Source: an uncultured SAR86 cluster bacterium (GTDB taxonomy: Bacteria; Pseudomonadota; Gammaproteobacteria; Magnimaribacterales; AG-339-G14). Taken from it: a stretch of 64,000 nucleotides of DNA. This document shows positions 1-12,442 of this stretch, piece by piece (position 1 is the stretch's first letter; each line of letters starts with the position of its first letter). Location of the stretch: the NCBI GenBank assembly GCA_902566305.1, contig CACFIK010000007.1, positions 1,691 through 65,690 of the forward strand. The letters are read 5' to 3'. The notes beneath the pieces are model-generated. The model made no database searches and was not told where the DNA came from. It saw only the letters and a list, made by a program, of their open reading frames with translations. Position numbers and translations under genes: made by a program.

Positions 1-234
1 AAAACGAAGTACGATGTTAATTTTCCTGTAATGAAAAAAATTGAAGTAAATGGGTCAAATACCCATCCGCTTTATGAATATTTAAAATCGGAAAAAACTG
101 GAATTTTAACCGAAGCCATTAAGTGGAACTTTACAAAGTTTTTAGTTGATAGAGATGGGAACGTTATAAAAAGGTATTCACCTCAAACGGAACCTAGCGA
201 GATTGAAGAAGAACTTAAAGACATTATCGAGTAG
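1..234 (+). CDS. glutathione peroxidase, 3' fragment (5' end is upstream of the window)
   Basis: Frame 1 is open from nt 1. Translation KTKYDVNFPVMKKIEVNGSNTHPLYEYLK...IKWNFTKFLVDRDGNVIKRYSP carries the GPx-family WNFxKFL motif. Confidence 0.85.
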   Translation, partial: KTKYDVNFPVMKKIEVNGSNTHPLYEYLKSEKTGILTEAIKWNFTKFLVDRDGNVIKRYSPQTEPSEIEEELKDIIE

Positions 235-693
235 GAGAATAATTACAGGCTTGCTTAGATTTTTTTGCATAATTAATCCATCCTCTCTACCAAAATTTAA
301 TTTGTAATAATTCTTTCTTACTCCTGCTTCCTGAAAACCATTTCGACGATAAAACTGAATAGCTCTTTGGTTTGATTCTCTAACCTCTAAAAAAATTCTT
401 TTTTTAAAAGTATATTTTGATTGATCTACAACCCTTTTTAGCAACTGATAACCAATTGATTTTCCAATAAATTGTGGAGCGACAGAAATATTTAATAGAT
501 GGATTTCATCCATTACATACTGATAGATGACATACCCATTAACTTTACCGTCAATAGTAACCACATCAGCTTTGCTAAACCTTAAGGCATCATAAAAATT
601 ATTTTCAGACCAAGGAGTTTCATTAGTTAGCGACTCTATGCCGTGAACATAGTAGATATCATTTTTATTCATAGGTCTGAAACTAATTTTCAT
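178..693 (-). CDS. rimI: GNAT N-acetyltransferase, probable ribosomal-protein-alanine acetyltransferase RimI
   Basis: GNAT acetyl-CoA motif region VAPQFIGKSIGYQLLKRV and RAIQFYRRNGF. It lies immediately downstream of a holD-like ORF, as in E. coli. The 25-aa C-terminal tail is encoded antisense to the gpx 3' end. Confidence 0.7.
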   Translation of the reverse strand: MKISFRPMNKNDIYYVHGIESLTNETPWSENNFYDALRFSKADVVTIDGKVNGYVIYQYVMDEIHLLNISVAPQFIGKSIGYQLLKRVVDQSKYTFKKRIFLEVRESNQRAIQFYRRNGFQEAGVRKNYYKLNFGREDGLIMQKNLSKPVIILLLDNVFKFFFNLARFRLR

Positions 694-952
694 TTTTCCA
701 AGCTTGTTTCCTCTTTTGAGAATGTTCTAATAATTCAGATAACTTCAATGATTTAGAATTTAGAAAATCCACTGCACTTTCGTTATCTTTAGTGAAATTA
801 TTTAGGTAATAATCCAATGACTTTAAAAACTGATCATTGCCTTCGCTTTCATCACTTTTATCGACTGCCTTTACTTTGTTATCTACAAATATAAAATCCT
901 CAACCAATTCATAAGTTGAGATGCCCATTTTGTTTAAAGTCTCTTTATTCAT
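683..952 (-). CDS. small protein, possible minimal DNA polymerase III psi subunit (HolD-like)
   Basis: Overlaps the rimI start by 11 nt (conserved holD-rimI synteny). The ends resemble E. coli psi by eye: LNKMGISTYEL vs LQQLGITQWSL, and LSELLEHSQKRKQAWKN vs LTDLRANPTARAALWQQ. Confidence 0.45.
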   Translation of the reverse strand: MNKETLNKMGISTYELVEDFIFVDNKVKAVDKSDESEGNDQFLKSLDYYLNNFTKDNESAVDFLNSKSLKLSELLEHSQKRKQAWKNEN

Positions 953-1000
953 TTATCATTCGTTATGAATAGTATAATAATTTATAAATTGGTTATTTAA

Positions 1001-3630
<2,630 letters not shown>

Positions 3631-4581
3631 TTACTCGATGGCTCCGTAGCTCATAATTTTCTTGTGTCTTTCATTAAGAAGATCCGAAATATTAAGGGAC
3701 GAACATTTTTCAAGCTGCTCAGAAATGTGGTCTGAAAGCACGGAACTCATTTTTTGAATATCTCTGTGAGAACCACCTAAAGGCTCATCGATGATTTTAT
3801 CTATCAAACTTAACTCTAGAAGATTGGAAGCGTCTAATTTCATTGCTTTTGCGGCATCCTCTGCTTTTGAAGAATCTCTCCAAACAATCGACGCACAAGC
3901 TTCTGGAGAAGCCACAGAATAAATAGAGTACTCTAACATTGATATATTATCTCCCACTCCAATTGCCAAAGCTCCGCCAGAACCGCCCTCTCCAGTAATA
4001 ATTACAATAATTGGTGTTTTAAGTTTGGACATAACACTTAAGTTGTACGCTATGGCTTGTGAATTACCTCTTTCTTCACTTTCTATGCCAGGATAAGCTC
4101 CAGGAGTATCGATAAATGTTATGACCGGCATAGAAAAATCTTCTGCAAGCTTCATTAATCTGGCAGCCTTTCTATAACCTTCAGGTTGTGACATACCAAA
4201 ATTCCTTTCTATCTTATCTTTTGTGTCCTTACCTTTTTCATGGCCGATAAGCATCACAGGTTTTCCTTTGAAAGTAGCGGTCCCTCCAATTATTGCCCTA
4301 TCATCACCAAAATTTCTATCGCCATGATGTTCATCAAAATTATGAAATATTTTTTCTATGTAATCACTAAAATGCGGCCTATGGGGGTGTCTCGCAACTT
4401 GAACTTTTTGCCATATGGAAAGATTTGAATAAAGCTCCTTGGTTATTTTAATAATTTCTTTATTAAGAGAATCAACTTGACTTTGAATTACATCTGGCTG
4501 GTCTTGGCTCGAGCGTAGATCTTCAATCTTTTTTTCTAAAAGGCTGATTGGTTTTTCAAAATCTAAAAAAGAGTAGGACAT
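3631..4581 (-). CDS. accA: acetyl-CoA carboxylase carboxyltransferase alpha subunit
   Basis: Full-length similarity to AccA (FIDTPGAYPG, ITGEGGSGGALA). Conserved dnaE-accA order. Confidence 0.95.
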   Translation of the reverse strand: MSYSFLDFEKPISLLEKKIEDLRSSQDQPDVIQSQVDSLNKEIIKITKELYSNLSIWQKVQVARHPHRPHFSDYIEKIFHNFDEHHGDRNFGDDRAIIGGTATFKGKPVMLIGHEKGKDTKDKIERNFGMSQPEGYRKAARLMKLAEDFSMPVITFIDTPGAYPGIESEERGNSQAIAYNLSVMSKLKTPIIVIITGEGGSGGALAIGVGDNISMLEYSIYSVASPEACASIVWRDSSKAEDAAKAMKLDASNLLELSLIDKIIDEPLGGSHRDIQKMSSVLSDHISEQLEKCSSLNISDLLNERHKKIMSYGAIE

Positions 4582-7500
4582 TATCTTCTATGATACATAA
4601 GTTCTAAATTATCTCTTCCATAAGTATTTAAAAGAGCTTTCATGGTATTGTTAGTCAATAAAATTCTCCTATCCTCATCGAATTCTATTTCTGCTTCAGA
4701 TTTTTTTGAAGTATATTTCAGCTCAACAGGACATCCAATTGAAGATTCTGCATCAAGGTCGTCGAGTAATCTTTTGAAGCTCTCGATGTTAGACTTTTTT
4801 GATTCAATCAAAGATATTCTTAATTTTTCTACCATCCTGATTCTTAAGTTTTCTAAAGTATTGATATTAGTGACTTCAATTTTTTTTGCTAATCCGTACA
4901 AAACTTCTCGAGAATTATCTACAGTAACCTTGCCGTCCACAATAAAAATATCTTTGTTATTTAATTCAACCTGCATTGATTGCATTACATCAGAACCCAA
5001 AATAATCTCTATTTTTTCAGTTCCGTCATCTAACGTTGCAAATGTTACCGGACCTCTTCTGCCTTGAATTGTCCTTTTGGTAGTTATAACACCTGCACAC
5101 CTTTGAATATTCTTATCTTCATTGAGACTAGAAATCCTATTAGGGCAAATTTGCTCAATTTCCCATTTATATTCATCCATAGGATGGCATGAGAAATAAA
5201 ATCCTAAAGAGTTTAGCTCACCCAGAGACTTATCAAATTCAATAGCTTTTGGTTTTGTGATGGGAATAACGTTAGGTAGTTCAACGTCACCGAATAAATC
5301 ATCAATTCCGCTTTTTTTCTCTTCAGACACTTGTCTAGCAAACTTCAAAGCAGATTCAATATTCACAAACATCTCTTCCCTGCTAGATTGAAATGAATCC
5401 ATTGAGCCAGATGCAATCAGCGGTTCTAGAGCTCTTTTTCCAACTTTTTCTGTATCAATGCGACTAGAAAAATCCGAGAGTGTCTTGAAGTTACCTTTTA
5501 AGGTTCTATTATCAATTATGCTTTCGATAGCTGACTTACCAACTCCCTTTATTGCTCCCAATCCATACATAAGTGTTTCATTATCTATATTCCTGAATTC
5601 ATAAAAACTTGAATTAATATCAGGCGGCAAAACTTTAAGGTTTAAAAGCTTGCAGTCATCAAGAAGCATCTGAATCTTATCAGTATCGTCCATTTCTGAA
5701 CTTAAGACAGCAGACATAAACTCTGCTGGATAGTGGGCTTTTAACCATGCTGTCTGATAAGAAATAAAGGCATAAGCTGCAGAATGAGACCTGTTAAAAC
5801 CATAGCCAGCAAATTTTTCAATTTGATCAAATAATCCTTCTGCAAATCTTTTATTTTTTCCTTTTTCAATTGCGCCTGTTATAAAGGGTTCTTTTTGTTC
5901 TTCCATCTCAGAGGCTATTTTCTTTCCCATTGCTCTTCTAAGAATATCTGCCTCACCAAGCGTAAAACCGGAGAATTCCTGAGCCAATTGCATAACTTGT
6001 TCTTGATAAACAATCACACCGTGAGTTTTATCAAGTATTTTTTCAACTGATTCGTCTCCATAAGAGAATTCTTCTCTTCCATGCTTTCTTTCAATATAAG
6101 TTTCAACCATGTTCATTTCTAAAGGACCAGGTCTGTATAAGGCAATCAAGGTAATAATATCTTCAAAGTTATTCGGTTTTAGCTTTACTATGTACTCTTT
6201 AATGCCCCGTGATTCCAGTTGGAAAACAGCAGTAGTTAAACCTTTTTGGAGGAGCTGATAGGTCTTTGAATCATCAAGAGGAAGATCATCTAAATTAATT
6301 GGATCGAGTTTTAATGTCTGCCTGTTCTGATTAATTAGCTTCAGAGCATTTTTCATTATTGTTAAAGTTTTAAGACCTAAGAAATCGAATTTTTGCAATC
6401 CAACAAGTTCAATGTCTTTCATATCATATTGAGTAGATACTGCGCCGGTTTCCTCATCTAAGTAGAGAGCAGAAAAATCTGTTATTTTTGATGGAGCCAT
6501 GACAACGCCAGCAGCATGCTTTCCCACATTCCTTGATAAACCTTCAAGTTTCTGTGACATCTCAATAATTTCTTCTGCATCTTCATCATTTTTAATTGCT
6601 TGTTTTAATTCTTTATTTTGCAATGCAGTTTTTAGTGTCATATCAGGATGAAAAGGGATTAATTTAGCTAGACGATCTGCAAGGCTATAGGATTTTCCTT
6701 GAGCTCTTGCCACATCTCTTACAACTGCTCTAGCAGCCATAGTGCCTAAGGTGCTTATTTGAGCAACAGAATCTTGTCCGTATTTATTTGTAACGTATTC
6801 AATTACTTTTTCCCTACCATCCTTACAAAAATCTATATCAAAATCTGGATTACTAATTCGGTCAGGATTAAGAAATCTTTCAAACAATAGATCATATTTG
6901 ATTGGATCTAATCCTGTTATTCCTATGGCATATGCAACTAATGATCCAGCTCCGGATCCCCTCCCAGGACCAACAGGAACATCATTCTCTTTAGCCCAGT
7001 TAACAAAATCTGCAACAATTAAAAAGTAGCCTGAATATCCCATCTTTTGGATTACACTTAATTCAAAATCTAGTCTTAAAAAATAATCTTCCTTAACTTC
7101 GCCACCAAAAATTTTATGCAGGCCTTCGATAGATATTTTTTTTAGGTAATCATCTTCTGTTTCACCGTTAGGTGTCTCAAAATCAGGAAGAATATATTTG
7201 CCTAGCTCAATTACAAGGTTACATTTTTGAGAAATCAAATAAGAATTTTCTAGAGCTTCTGGTATATCCTCGAACAACTCAAACATTTCATCTGTAGATT
7301 TGAAATATTGAGTTGATAAGTAATTCTTTTTTCTGGCAGGGTCGCTTAGAACATTTCCAGTTTGAATACATACTCTAGTTTCATGAGCTTCAAATTCTTC
7401 TTCTTCCATGAATCTAACCTGATTGGTTGCTACAAGAGGTATTTTTGCTTTGGCCGCCATAGATGAAACAATATTGATGTAATCTTCTTCCCTTTCCCTT

Positions 7501-8018
7501 CCTAACCTGGAAATCTCAATGAAGAAATCCTCATTAAATATTTTTTTAAAAAAATCTATTCTTGCTTCGGCTAGCTCAAAATTATTTTTTAGAATTGCAT
7601 CAGCGATGTGTCCTTCCATGTCTCCAGATAATAAAATTAATCCTTCATTTAAATCTTTAAGCCACTCCAATTTAAGATGAGGTATCGATCTAATTCTTCC
7701 TTCTATATGGGATTTGGAAACTAACATTGTTAGGTTTCTATAACCTTCAAAATTTTTTGCATAAAGAGTTAATTTGCCAGACTCAGAATTATCGCTAATG
7801 TCTTTCACTGAATTAAAATTTACCCCACAAATTGGCTTAATGCCTTTGTCGCGCATTTCTTTATAAAATTTTACAAATCCAAATAAATTTGAATCATCTG
7901 TTATTGCAATAGATTCAAAATTTAAATCTTTTGCTTTGCTCGAAAGCTCATCTAATCTCACTAAGCCATCAGAGATTGAGTATTGAGAATGTATATTTAA
8001 GTGTGAAAATTTATTCAT
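4581..8018 (-). CDS. dnaE: DNA polymerase III alpha subunit
   Basis: 1145 aa. PHP-domain N-terminus HLNIHSQYSISDG. Polymerase core motifs PDFDIDF and RPGP. Confidence 0.97.
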   Translation of the reverse strand: MNKFSHLNIHSQYSISDGLVRLDELSSKAKDLNFESIAITDDSNLFGFVKFYKEMRDKGIKPICGVNFNSVKDISDNSESGKLTLYAKNFEGYRNLTMLVSKSHIEGRIRSIPHLKLEWLKDLNEGLILLSGDMEGHIADAILKNNFELAEARIDFFKKIFNEDFFIEISRLGREREEDYINIVSSMAAKAKIPLVATNQVRFMEEEEFEAHETRVCIQTGNVLSDPARKKNYLSTQYFKSTDEMFELFEDIPEALENSYLISQKCNLVIELGKYILPDFETPNGETEDDYLKKISIEGLHKIFGGEVKEDYFLRLDFELSVIQKMGYSGYFLIVADFVNWAKENDVPVGPGRGSGAGSLVAYAIGITGLDPIKYDLLFERFLNPDRISNPDFDIDFCKDGREKVIEYVTNKYGQDSVAQISTLGTMAARAVVRDVARAQGKSYSLADRLAKLIPFHPDMTLKTALQNKELKQAIKNDEDAEEIIEMSQKLEGLSRNVGKHAAGVVMAPSKITDFSALYLDEETGAVSTQYDMKDIELVGLQKFDFLGLKTLTIMKNALKLINQNRQTLKLDPINLDDLPLDDSKTYQLLQKGLTTAVFQLESRGIKEYIVKLKPNNFEDIITLIALYRPGPLEMNMVETYIERKHGREEFSYGDESVEKILDKTHGVIVYQEQVMQLAQEFSGFTLGEADILRRAMGKKIASEMEEQKEPFITGAIEKGKNKRFAEGLFDQIEKFAGYGFNRSHSAAYAFISYQTAWLKAHYPAEFMSAVLSSEMDDTDKIQMLLDDCKLLNLKVLPPDINSSFYEFRNIDNETLMYGLGAIKGVGKSAIESIIDNRTLKGNFKTLSDFSSRIDTEKVGKRALEPLIASGSMDSFQSSREEMFVNIESALKFARQVSEEKKSGIDDLFGDVELPNVIPITKPKAIEFDKSLGELNSLGFYFSCHPMDEYKWEIEQICPNRISSLNEDKNIQRCAGVITTKRTIQGRRGPVTFATLDDGTEKIEIILGSDVMQSMQVELNNKDIFIVDGKVTVDNSREVLYGLAKKIEVTNINTLENLRIRMVEKLRISLIESKKSNIESFKRLLDDLDAESSIGCPVELKYTSKKSEAEIEFDEDRRILLTNNTMKALLNTYGRDNLELMYHRR

Positions 8019-8568
8019 TTAGAAATTGCTTAATTGGCCTGAAAGATTTTCTATGAATATTTGTGACTCCATATTTCTTAATCATACTCTTATGAAGTTT
8101 GGTTGAGTAACCTTTATGTCTGTCAAAAAAATAGCCTTTAAATTTATTTTCAAGTTCTGTCATGTATTCATCTCTATAGACTTTTGCAATTATAGAAGCG
8201 GCCATTACTTCTCTAATTTTAGTGTCTGCTTTAATTATAAATTCTACAGATTTATCATTAAAGAAATTATCGTTTCCATCAATAATTATTTTTGAAAAAG
8301 GTTTTTTTACTTTGCTTATTGCCCTTATCATTGAAAGCTTAGTAGCTTCACGGATATTATATTTATCTATTTCCTCTACAGAAGATAATCCAATAGACCA
8401 CTCAAGAGATAGTTCCTTAATTTGATTAGAAAATTCTATACGTTTTTTTTCTGGGAGATCTTTAGAGTCCTTAAGCCCAAAGATTTTATTTTCTCCTAAA
8501 ATAACCGCAGCAGACACAACAGGACCGGCGATGGATCCTCTTCCAACTTCGTCTACTCCAAGAATCAT
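8011..8568 (-). CDS. rnhB: ribonuclease HII
   Basis: N-terminal GVDEVGRGSIAGPVV catalytic motif. Conserved lpxB-rnhB-dnaE order. Confidence 0.95.
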   Translation of the reverse strand: MILGVDEVGRGSIAGPVVSAAVILGENKIFGLKDSKDLPEKKRIEFSNQIKELSLEWSIGLSSVEEIDKYNIREATKLSMIRAISKVKKPFSKIIIDGNDNFFNDKSVEFIIKADTKIREVMAASIIAKVYRDEYMTELENKFKGYFFDRHKGYSTKLHKSMIKKYGVTNIHRKSFRPIKQFLNE

Positions 8569-9680
8569 ACTAAATCAAAAAGACAGTTAAATTTATCTTC
8601 TTGATTTACTTTCAAAGAATTATGAATTTCTTGGAATTTCATTTTTATCCGATCTAAGTTGGTGGCCTCGCTCATATTAAGCAGCTCTTTTTCAATTTGA
8701 TCGGCATTTACAAAACCTTGTCTCAATTCTGGGATTAATTTCTCCTCTGCAAGGATATTCGGGAGTGAAATGTATTTTGTATTTAAAAATTGATTTAAAA
8801 GAAAGTTATTAAAAAAATTTGTTTTGTAACAAACTACTGGAGGAGCCTGATTTAAAAGGCACTCAAGAGTAGCTGTACCAGACACACTAACTGCTATGTC
8901 AGTCGCAGCAAGAACTGAATCTGTCTTGTCGATAAATATTTTGTAAGTTTTTGATTTTAAATTACATAAATTCCTCGAAATTTCGTTTTCATCCTTAAAG
9001 GGAATTAAAAATTGATAATCTCCCCTTTTACTCAGAGAGTTAATCGTTTCAATCATCACGGGCAAATGAGCATTGATTTCAGATTTTCTGCTCCCAGGTA
9101 AAAAAGAAAGTGTTTTTAGATCAGGATCTAAGTCTAATTCCAATTTATATTTTAATTTATCAATATTAGTAGAAATGCGAGATGCTTTAGGGTGACCTAC
9201 AAAAACTGAATTAACACTGAAATTTTGAAGAAACCTTTTCTCAAAAGGGAATAAATTTAAAACGAGATCTAGAAAATCATTAAATTTTTTAGCTCTGTTC
9301 GATCTCCATGCCCAAACCTGAGGACAAACATACTGCACTGTTTTGATATTAGACTTTTTTTTTAAAATTCTGGAAATTCCTAAATTTAATGAAGGGCTAT
9401 CGATTCCTATAAAGATATCTATATTTTTATCTATTAGGTGATCTATTAGTTCGTTTCTTTTTTTAAGAATTCTATTTATCTTAAATATTGGATCAATCAG
9501 TCCCATTACTTGAAGTTCTTCATTTGAATCAAATGAATTAAAACCTTCTTTTCTCATTTCAGAGCCACCAAGGCCAAAAAACTCTATTAATGGATCTTTA
9601 GATTTAAGGTTTCTAATTAAGTCTGAACCGAGAATATCTCCAGATGACTCCGTGGCACATAACCCCACTTTTAATGGCAT
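8565..9680 (-). CDS. lpxB: lipid-A-disaccharide synthase
   Basis: 371 aa. N-terminal ATESSGDILG typical of LpxB. Conserved lpxA-lpxB position. Confidence 0.9.
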   Translation of the reverse strand: MPLKVGLCATESSGDILGSDLIRNLKSKDPLIEFFGLGGSEMRKEGFNSFDSNEELQVMGLIDPIFKINRILKKRNELIDHLIDKNIDIFIGIDSPSLNLGISRILKKKSNIKTVQYVCPQVWAWRSNRAKKFNDFLDLVLNLFPFEKRFLQNFSVNSVFVGHPKASRISTNIDKLKYKLELDLDPDLKTLSFLPGSRKSEINAHLPVMIETINSLSKRGDYQFLIPFKDENEISRNLCNLKSKTYKIFIDKTDSVLAATDIAVSVSGTATLECLLNQAPPVVCYKTNFFNNFLLNQFLNTKYISLPNILAEEKLIPELRQGFVNADQIEKELLNMSEATNLDRIKMKFQEIHNSLKVNQEDKFNCLFDLV

Positions 9681-10450
9681 TAGCGAACTATTCCTCGATC
9701 AGAACTTTGAATTGAATCAAGAAAAAGTTTTCCTTCATCAAAATCGGATACTTCTTTTTCAATCTCAGAGATGGCTTGATCAAGTTTAAGTTTTCTTAAA
9801 TATACAAGCTTATAGAATTTTTTTAACAGTGATGACTGCTCCTTTCCAAGATCTAATCTTTGTATTCCAATTACATTCAGTCCTCTAGGTATGGCAGGAT
9901 TTCCACTAACTCTTACAAAGGCAGGAATATCTTTTGAAACTGCAGATCCCATAGCACAAAAACTATAAGGGCCAATATTGCAAAATTGATGAACTAAAGT
10001 ATATCCGCCTAACCTTGCACCTTTTGCAATATTTACAACTCCAGCTAAAGCAACATTATTAACTAAAACAATATCATCATCTAAAGTGCAATCATGAGCC
10101 ACATGAGAATAGGCCATAAAGAGATTATTATTTCCAATTGATGTTAGACCTTTCTCTTGGGCAGTCCCTCTATTTATGGTAACTCCCTCTCGGATTTGGT
10201 TGTTGTTACCAATCTTGAGGAAAGTTTCTTCATCTTCGTATTTTAAATCTTGAGGATCTCCTCCAATGCTTGCAAAAGGATATATATGATTGTCTTTTCC
10301 AAGCTTTGAATTTTTATGAATGACTACATTCGATTCAATTATGGTTCCTGAACCAATCTCCACATCTTTACCAATAGATGAATACGCACCAATGGAGACA
10401 TTTTTAGCGATCTTTGCTGAGGGATCAATTATTGCAGTTTCATGAATCAT
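9680..10450 (-). CDS. lpxA: acyl-ACP--UDP-N-acetylglucosamine O-acyltransferase
   Basis: Left-handed beta-helix hexapeptide repeats. Start placed at MIHETAIIDPSAKI (ATG 10450), abutting the fabZ stop; the track ORF start at 10486 would run 40 nt into fabZ. Confidence 0.9.
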   Translation of the reverse strand: MIHETAIIDPSAKIAKNVSIGAYSSIGKDVEIGSGTIIESNVVIHKNSKLGKDNHIYPFASIGGDPQDLKYEDEETFLKIGNNNQIREGVTINRGTAQEKGLTSIGNNNLFMAYSHVAHDCTLDDDIVLVNNVALAGVVNIAKGARLGGYTLVHQFCNIGPYSFCAMGSAVSKDIPAFVRVSGNPAIPRGLNVIGIQRLDLGKEQSSLLKKFYKLVYLRKLKLDQAISEIEKEVSDFDEGKLFLDSIQSSDRGIVR

Positions 10451-10884
10451 TTTGGTCTGTCTGCACATAAAATCGTGGCAGAACAAACTAAATTCTCTTC
10501 CAATGAGGCCTTGCAGTCAAACTTCCATATGCCGCGCCTATCCTGAATTTTCTTAGATTCTAATGTCAATATACTTGGAGGAACTACTGGAGATCTAAAA
10601 CGAACATTATCAGCTCCAACAAAGTAGTAAATTGAACCCTCTTCAGGGGTCTTATTCATGGTAACAAAACCTAAAATTCCTGATACTTGAGCTAATGCCT
10701 CAATGATTATTACTCCAGGAAGTATTGGGTTATCAGGAAAATGACCTTTAAAATAATACTCATCTTCTTTAACCTCTTTGAAACCTTTTATATATTCATC
10801 TTTAATTATTTCTGTCACGCCATCAACAAATAAGAAAGGCTCTCTATGAGGTAGATATCTTTTTATATCTTGCTTTTCGATCAT
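10447..10884 (-). CDS. fabZ: 3-hydroxyacyl-ACP dehydratase FabZ
   Basis: LPHREPFLFVD and FKGHFPDNPILPGV hot-dog active-site motifs. Confidence 0.95.
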   Translation of the reverse strand: MIEKQDIKRYLPHREPFLFVDGVTEIIKDEYIKGFKEVKEDEYYFKGHFPDNPILPGVIIIEALAQVSGILGFVTMNKTPEEGSIYYFVGADNVRFRSPVVPPSILTLESKKIQDRRGIWKFDCKASLEENLVCSATILCADRPK

Positions 10885-11825
10885 TAATCTTTTTTTGATA
10901 ACTTTTTATAAGTTGCTGAAGCTTTCAACCATTCTCCTCTTGGCATCAGCGGTGCAGAACCTGAGTATTTACCTGCTTTATTAATTGATTTAAATATGAA
11001 CGAAACTGGAGATACTGTAACCCCATCTGTGATAACCAGATTGTCAGCTACACCGCAAAGTCCACCTATCATGCAGTTTTTTCCAATGATTGTGCTTCCA
11101 CCAATTGTTGCATTTGCTCCCATTATTGTAGATTTTCCAATTTTACAATTATGCGCAATATGAACTTGATCATCTAACTTCACATTTTCACCTATGATTG
11201 TGTCGTCTAGAGTACCTCTATCAATAGTACAATTAGATCCTATCTCGACATCATTGTTTATCACCACTTTTCCTAAGTGATTTATTTTTTTCCATTTATC
11301 GTTTTCGTCCTTGGCAAAACCAAGTCCATCTGAACCAATTACAGTTCCTGAATGAATTATACAATTCTCTCCGATTGAAACATTTGAAAGTACAGTTACA
11401 TTAGGTAATAAAATAGAACCCTTTCCTATCTCGACGTTTTTTTCTATCACACAACCAGGTCCAACATAAACATCATCTGAAATTACAGTTTCTTTATTAA
11501 TAAATGCTTCCTTTGATAAACCTTTTTTTTCAGACAAAAAAGTTGATTCAGCAAATAAGTCAGTTGCTTTGGCATATGCCAGATGAACGTTATCTATTAT
11601 TAATTTATTTCCTTTGAAGTATTTTGAGTTCGCAGTATCTGTAATGACAGCACCTGCGTTAGTTTTTGAAAGGTCTTCCTTAAACTTATTACTATAAAAA
11701 AATGAAATATCTTTATCAGATGCCGAAGCCAGAGATTTCATGGATGATATCTCAATATCATCTCCATCTAATGAGGCACCGATATATTTTGCTATGTAAC
11801 TAAGCTTATAGGGCTTTGAGGACAA
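10884..11825 (-). CDS. lpxD: UDP-3-O-(3-hydroxyacyl)glucosamine N-acyltransferase
   Basis: Hexapeptide-repeat protein of about 313 aa between skp and fabZ. Confidence 0.9.
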   Translation of the reverse strand: MSSKPYKLSYIAKYIGASLDGDDIEISSMKSLASASDKDISFFYSNKFKEDLSKTNAGAVITDTANSKYFKGNKLIIDNVHLAYAKATDLFAESTFLSEKKGLSKEAFINKETVISDDVYVGPGCVIEKNVEIGKGSILLPNVTVLSNVSIGENCIIHSGTVIGSDGLGFAKDENDKWKKINHLGKVVINNDVEIGSNCTIDRGTLDDTIIGENVKLDDQVHIAHNCKIGKSTIMGANATIGGSTIIGKNCMIGGLCGVADNLVITDGVTVSPVSFIFKSINKAGKYSGSAPLMPRGEWLKASATYKKLSKKD

Positions 11826-11834
11826 AATTTAATC

Positions 11835-12365
11835 TTATTCTTCGCTTTCTTGATTTATGAGCTCAATTACTTCAGGAGTAATGTTTATCAGTGGATTAGT
11901 TCCCTCAAATGCTGCTAAGGCCTCTCTTCTGAATAATAGCTTGATTTTTTTGGCAATAATTAGCTCATTAACGACTTTTTGAACTGTTTCTGCTTGTTCG
12001 GCTTGTAATTTTTGACCTAATTCTTGCTCGAGCGCTCCTCTCTTTTGAGCTAAAAACTGCAAATCTTGAGTTAACGATTGAATCTTTTTATAAAGATCAG
12101 CTTTTTCAGATTCTGACATTGTGGGTCCATCTTTTTCAAGCTTATCTGCAGCGTCCTTTCTTTCCCCATCTTTTAAGGCAATATCATCCGTGATTTCTTT
12201 ATATTCATCAGACTCTTGGAGCTCTTCAAATGCCTGTCTTGCTGCATCAGTTCCAAAAAAGATTGCTTGATAGTCGATAACAGCCATACCATCGGTATTT
12301 GCTAATAAAGAACTACCAAAAAATAGTTGAGAAACTAAAATTAAAGCGGAAGTAATTTTTTTCAT
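11835..12365 (-). CDS. skp: periplasmic chaperone Skp (OmpH family)
   Basis: Signal peptide MKKITSALILVSQLFFGSSLLA followed by a coiled-coil E/K/Q-rich body. Located between bamA and lpxD. Confidence 0.75.
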   Translation of the reverse strand: MKKITSALILVSQLFFGSSLLANTDGMAVIDYQAIFFGTDAARQAFEELQESDEYKEITDDIALKDGERKDAADKLEKDGPTMSESEKADLYKKIQSLTQDLQFLAQKRGALEQELGQKLQAEQAETVQKVVNELIIAKKIKLLFRREALAAFEGTNPLINITPEVIELINQESEE

Positions 12366-12442
12366 AATATGCCTTATGTCTTAATTTTATAAATTTGACG
12401 GCAAGTTTACATGATTGCGGGGCAAATTATCCAATAAATATT

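Noticed and set aside
4240-5067. Plus-strand ORFs antisense to accA (4240..4428) and dnaE (4642..5067), plus others of the same kind at 8222..8425, 14879..15082, 15882..16151, 17562..17789, 20561..21048, 22138..22365, 22560..22817, 25093..25404, 32965..33342, 39670..39921 and 40234..40494
   Set aside because: All lie wholly or almost wholly within, and antisense to, confidently identified genes and have no family resemblance. I treat them as shadow ORFs.
10451-10486. N-terminal extensions suggested by the ORF track for lpxA (to 10486), ssb (to 36257), rpsD (to 41153), rpoC (to 59409), rpsT (from 31271), bamE (from 26502) and rpsJ (to 52077)
   Set aside because: Homologous N-termini begin at internal starts: [50 protein letters not shown] and [12 protein letters not shown]. 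The extensions would overlap the upstream genes or the SD and have no counterpart in orthologues.
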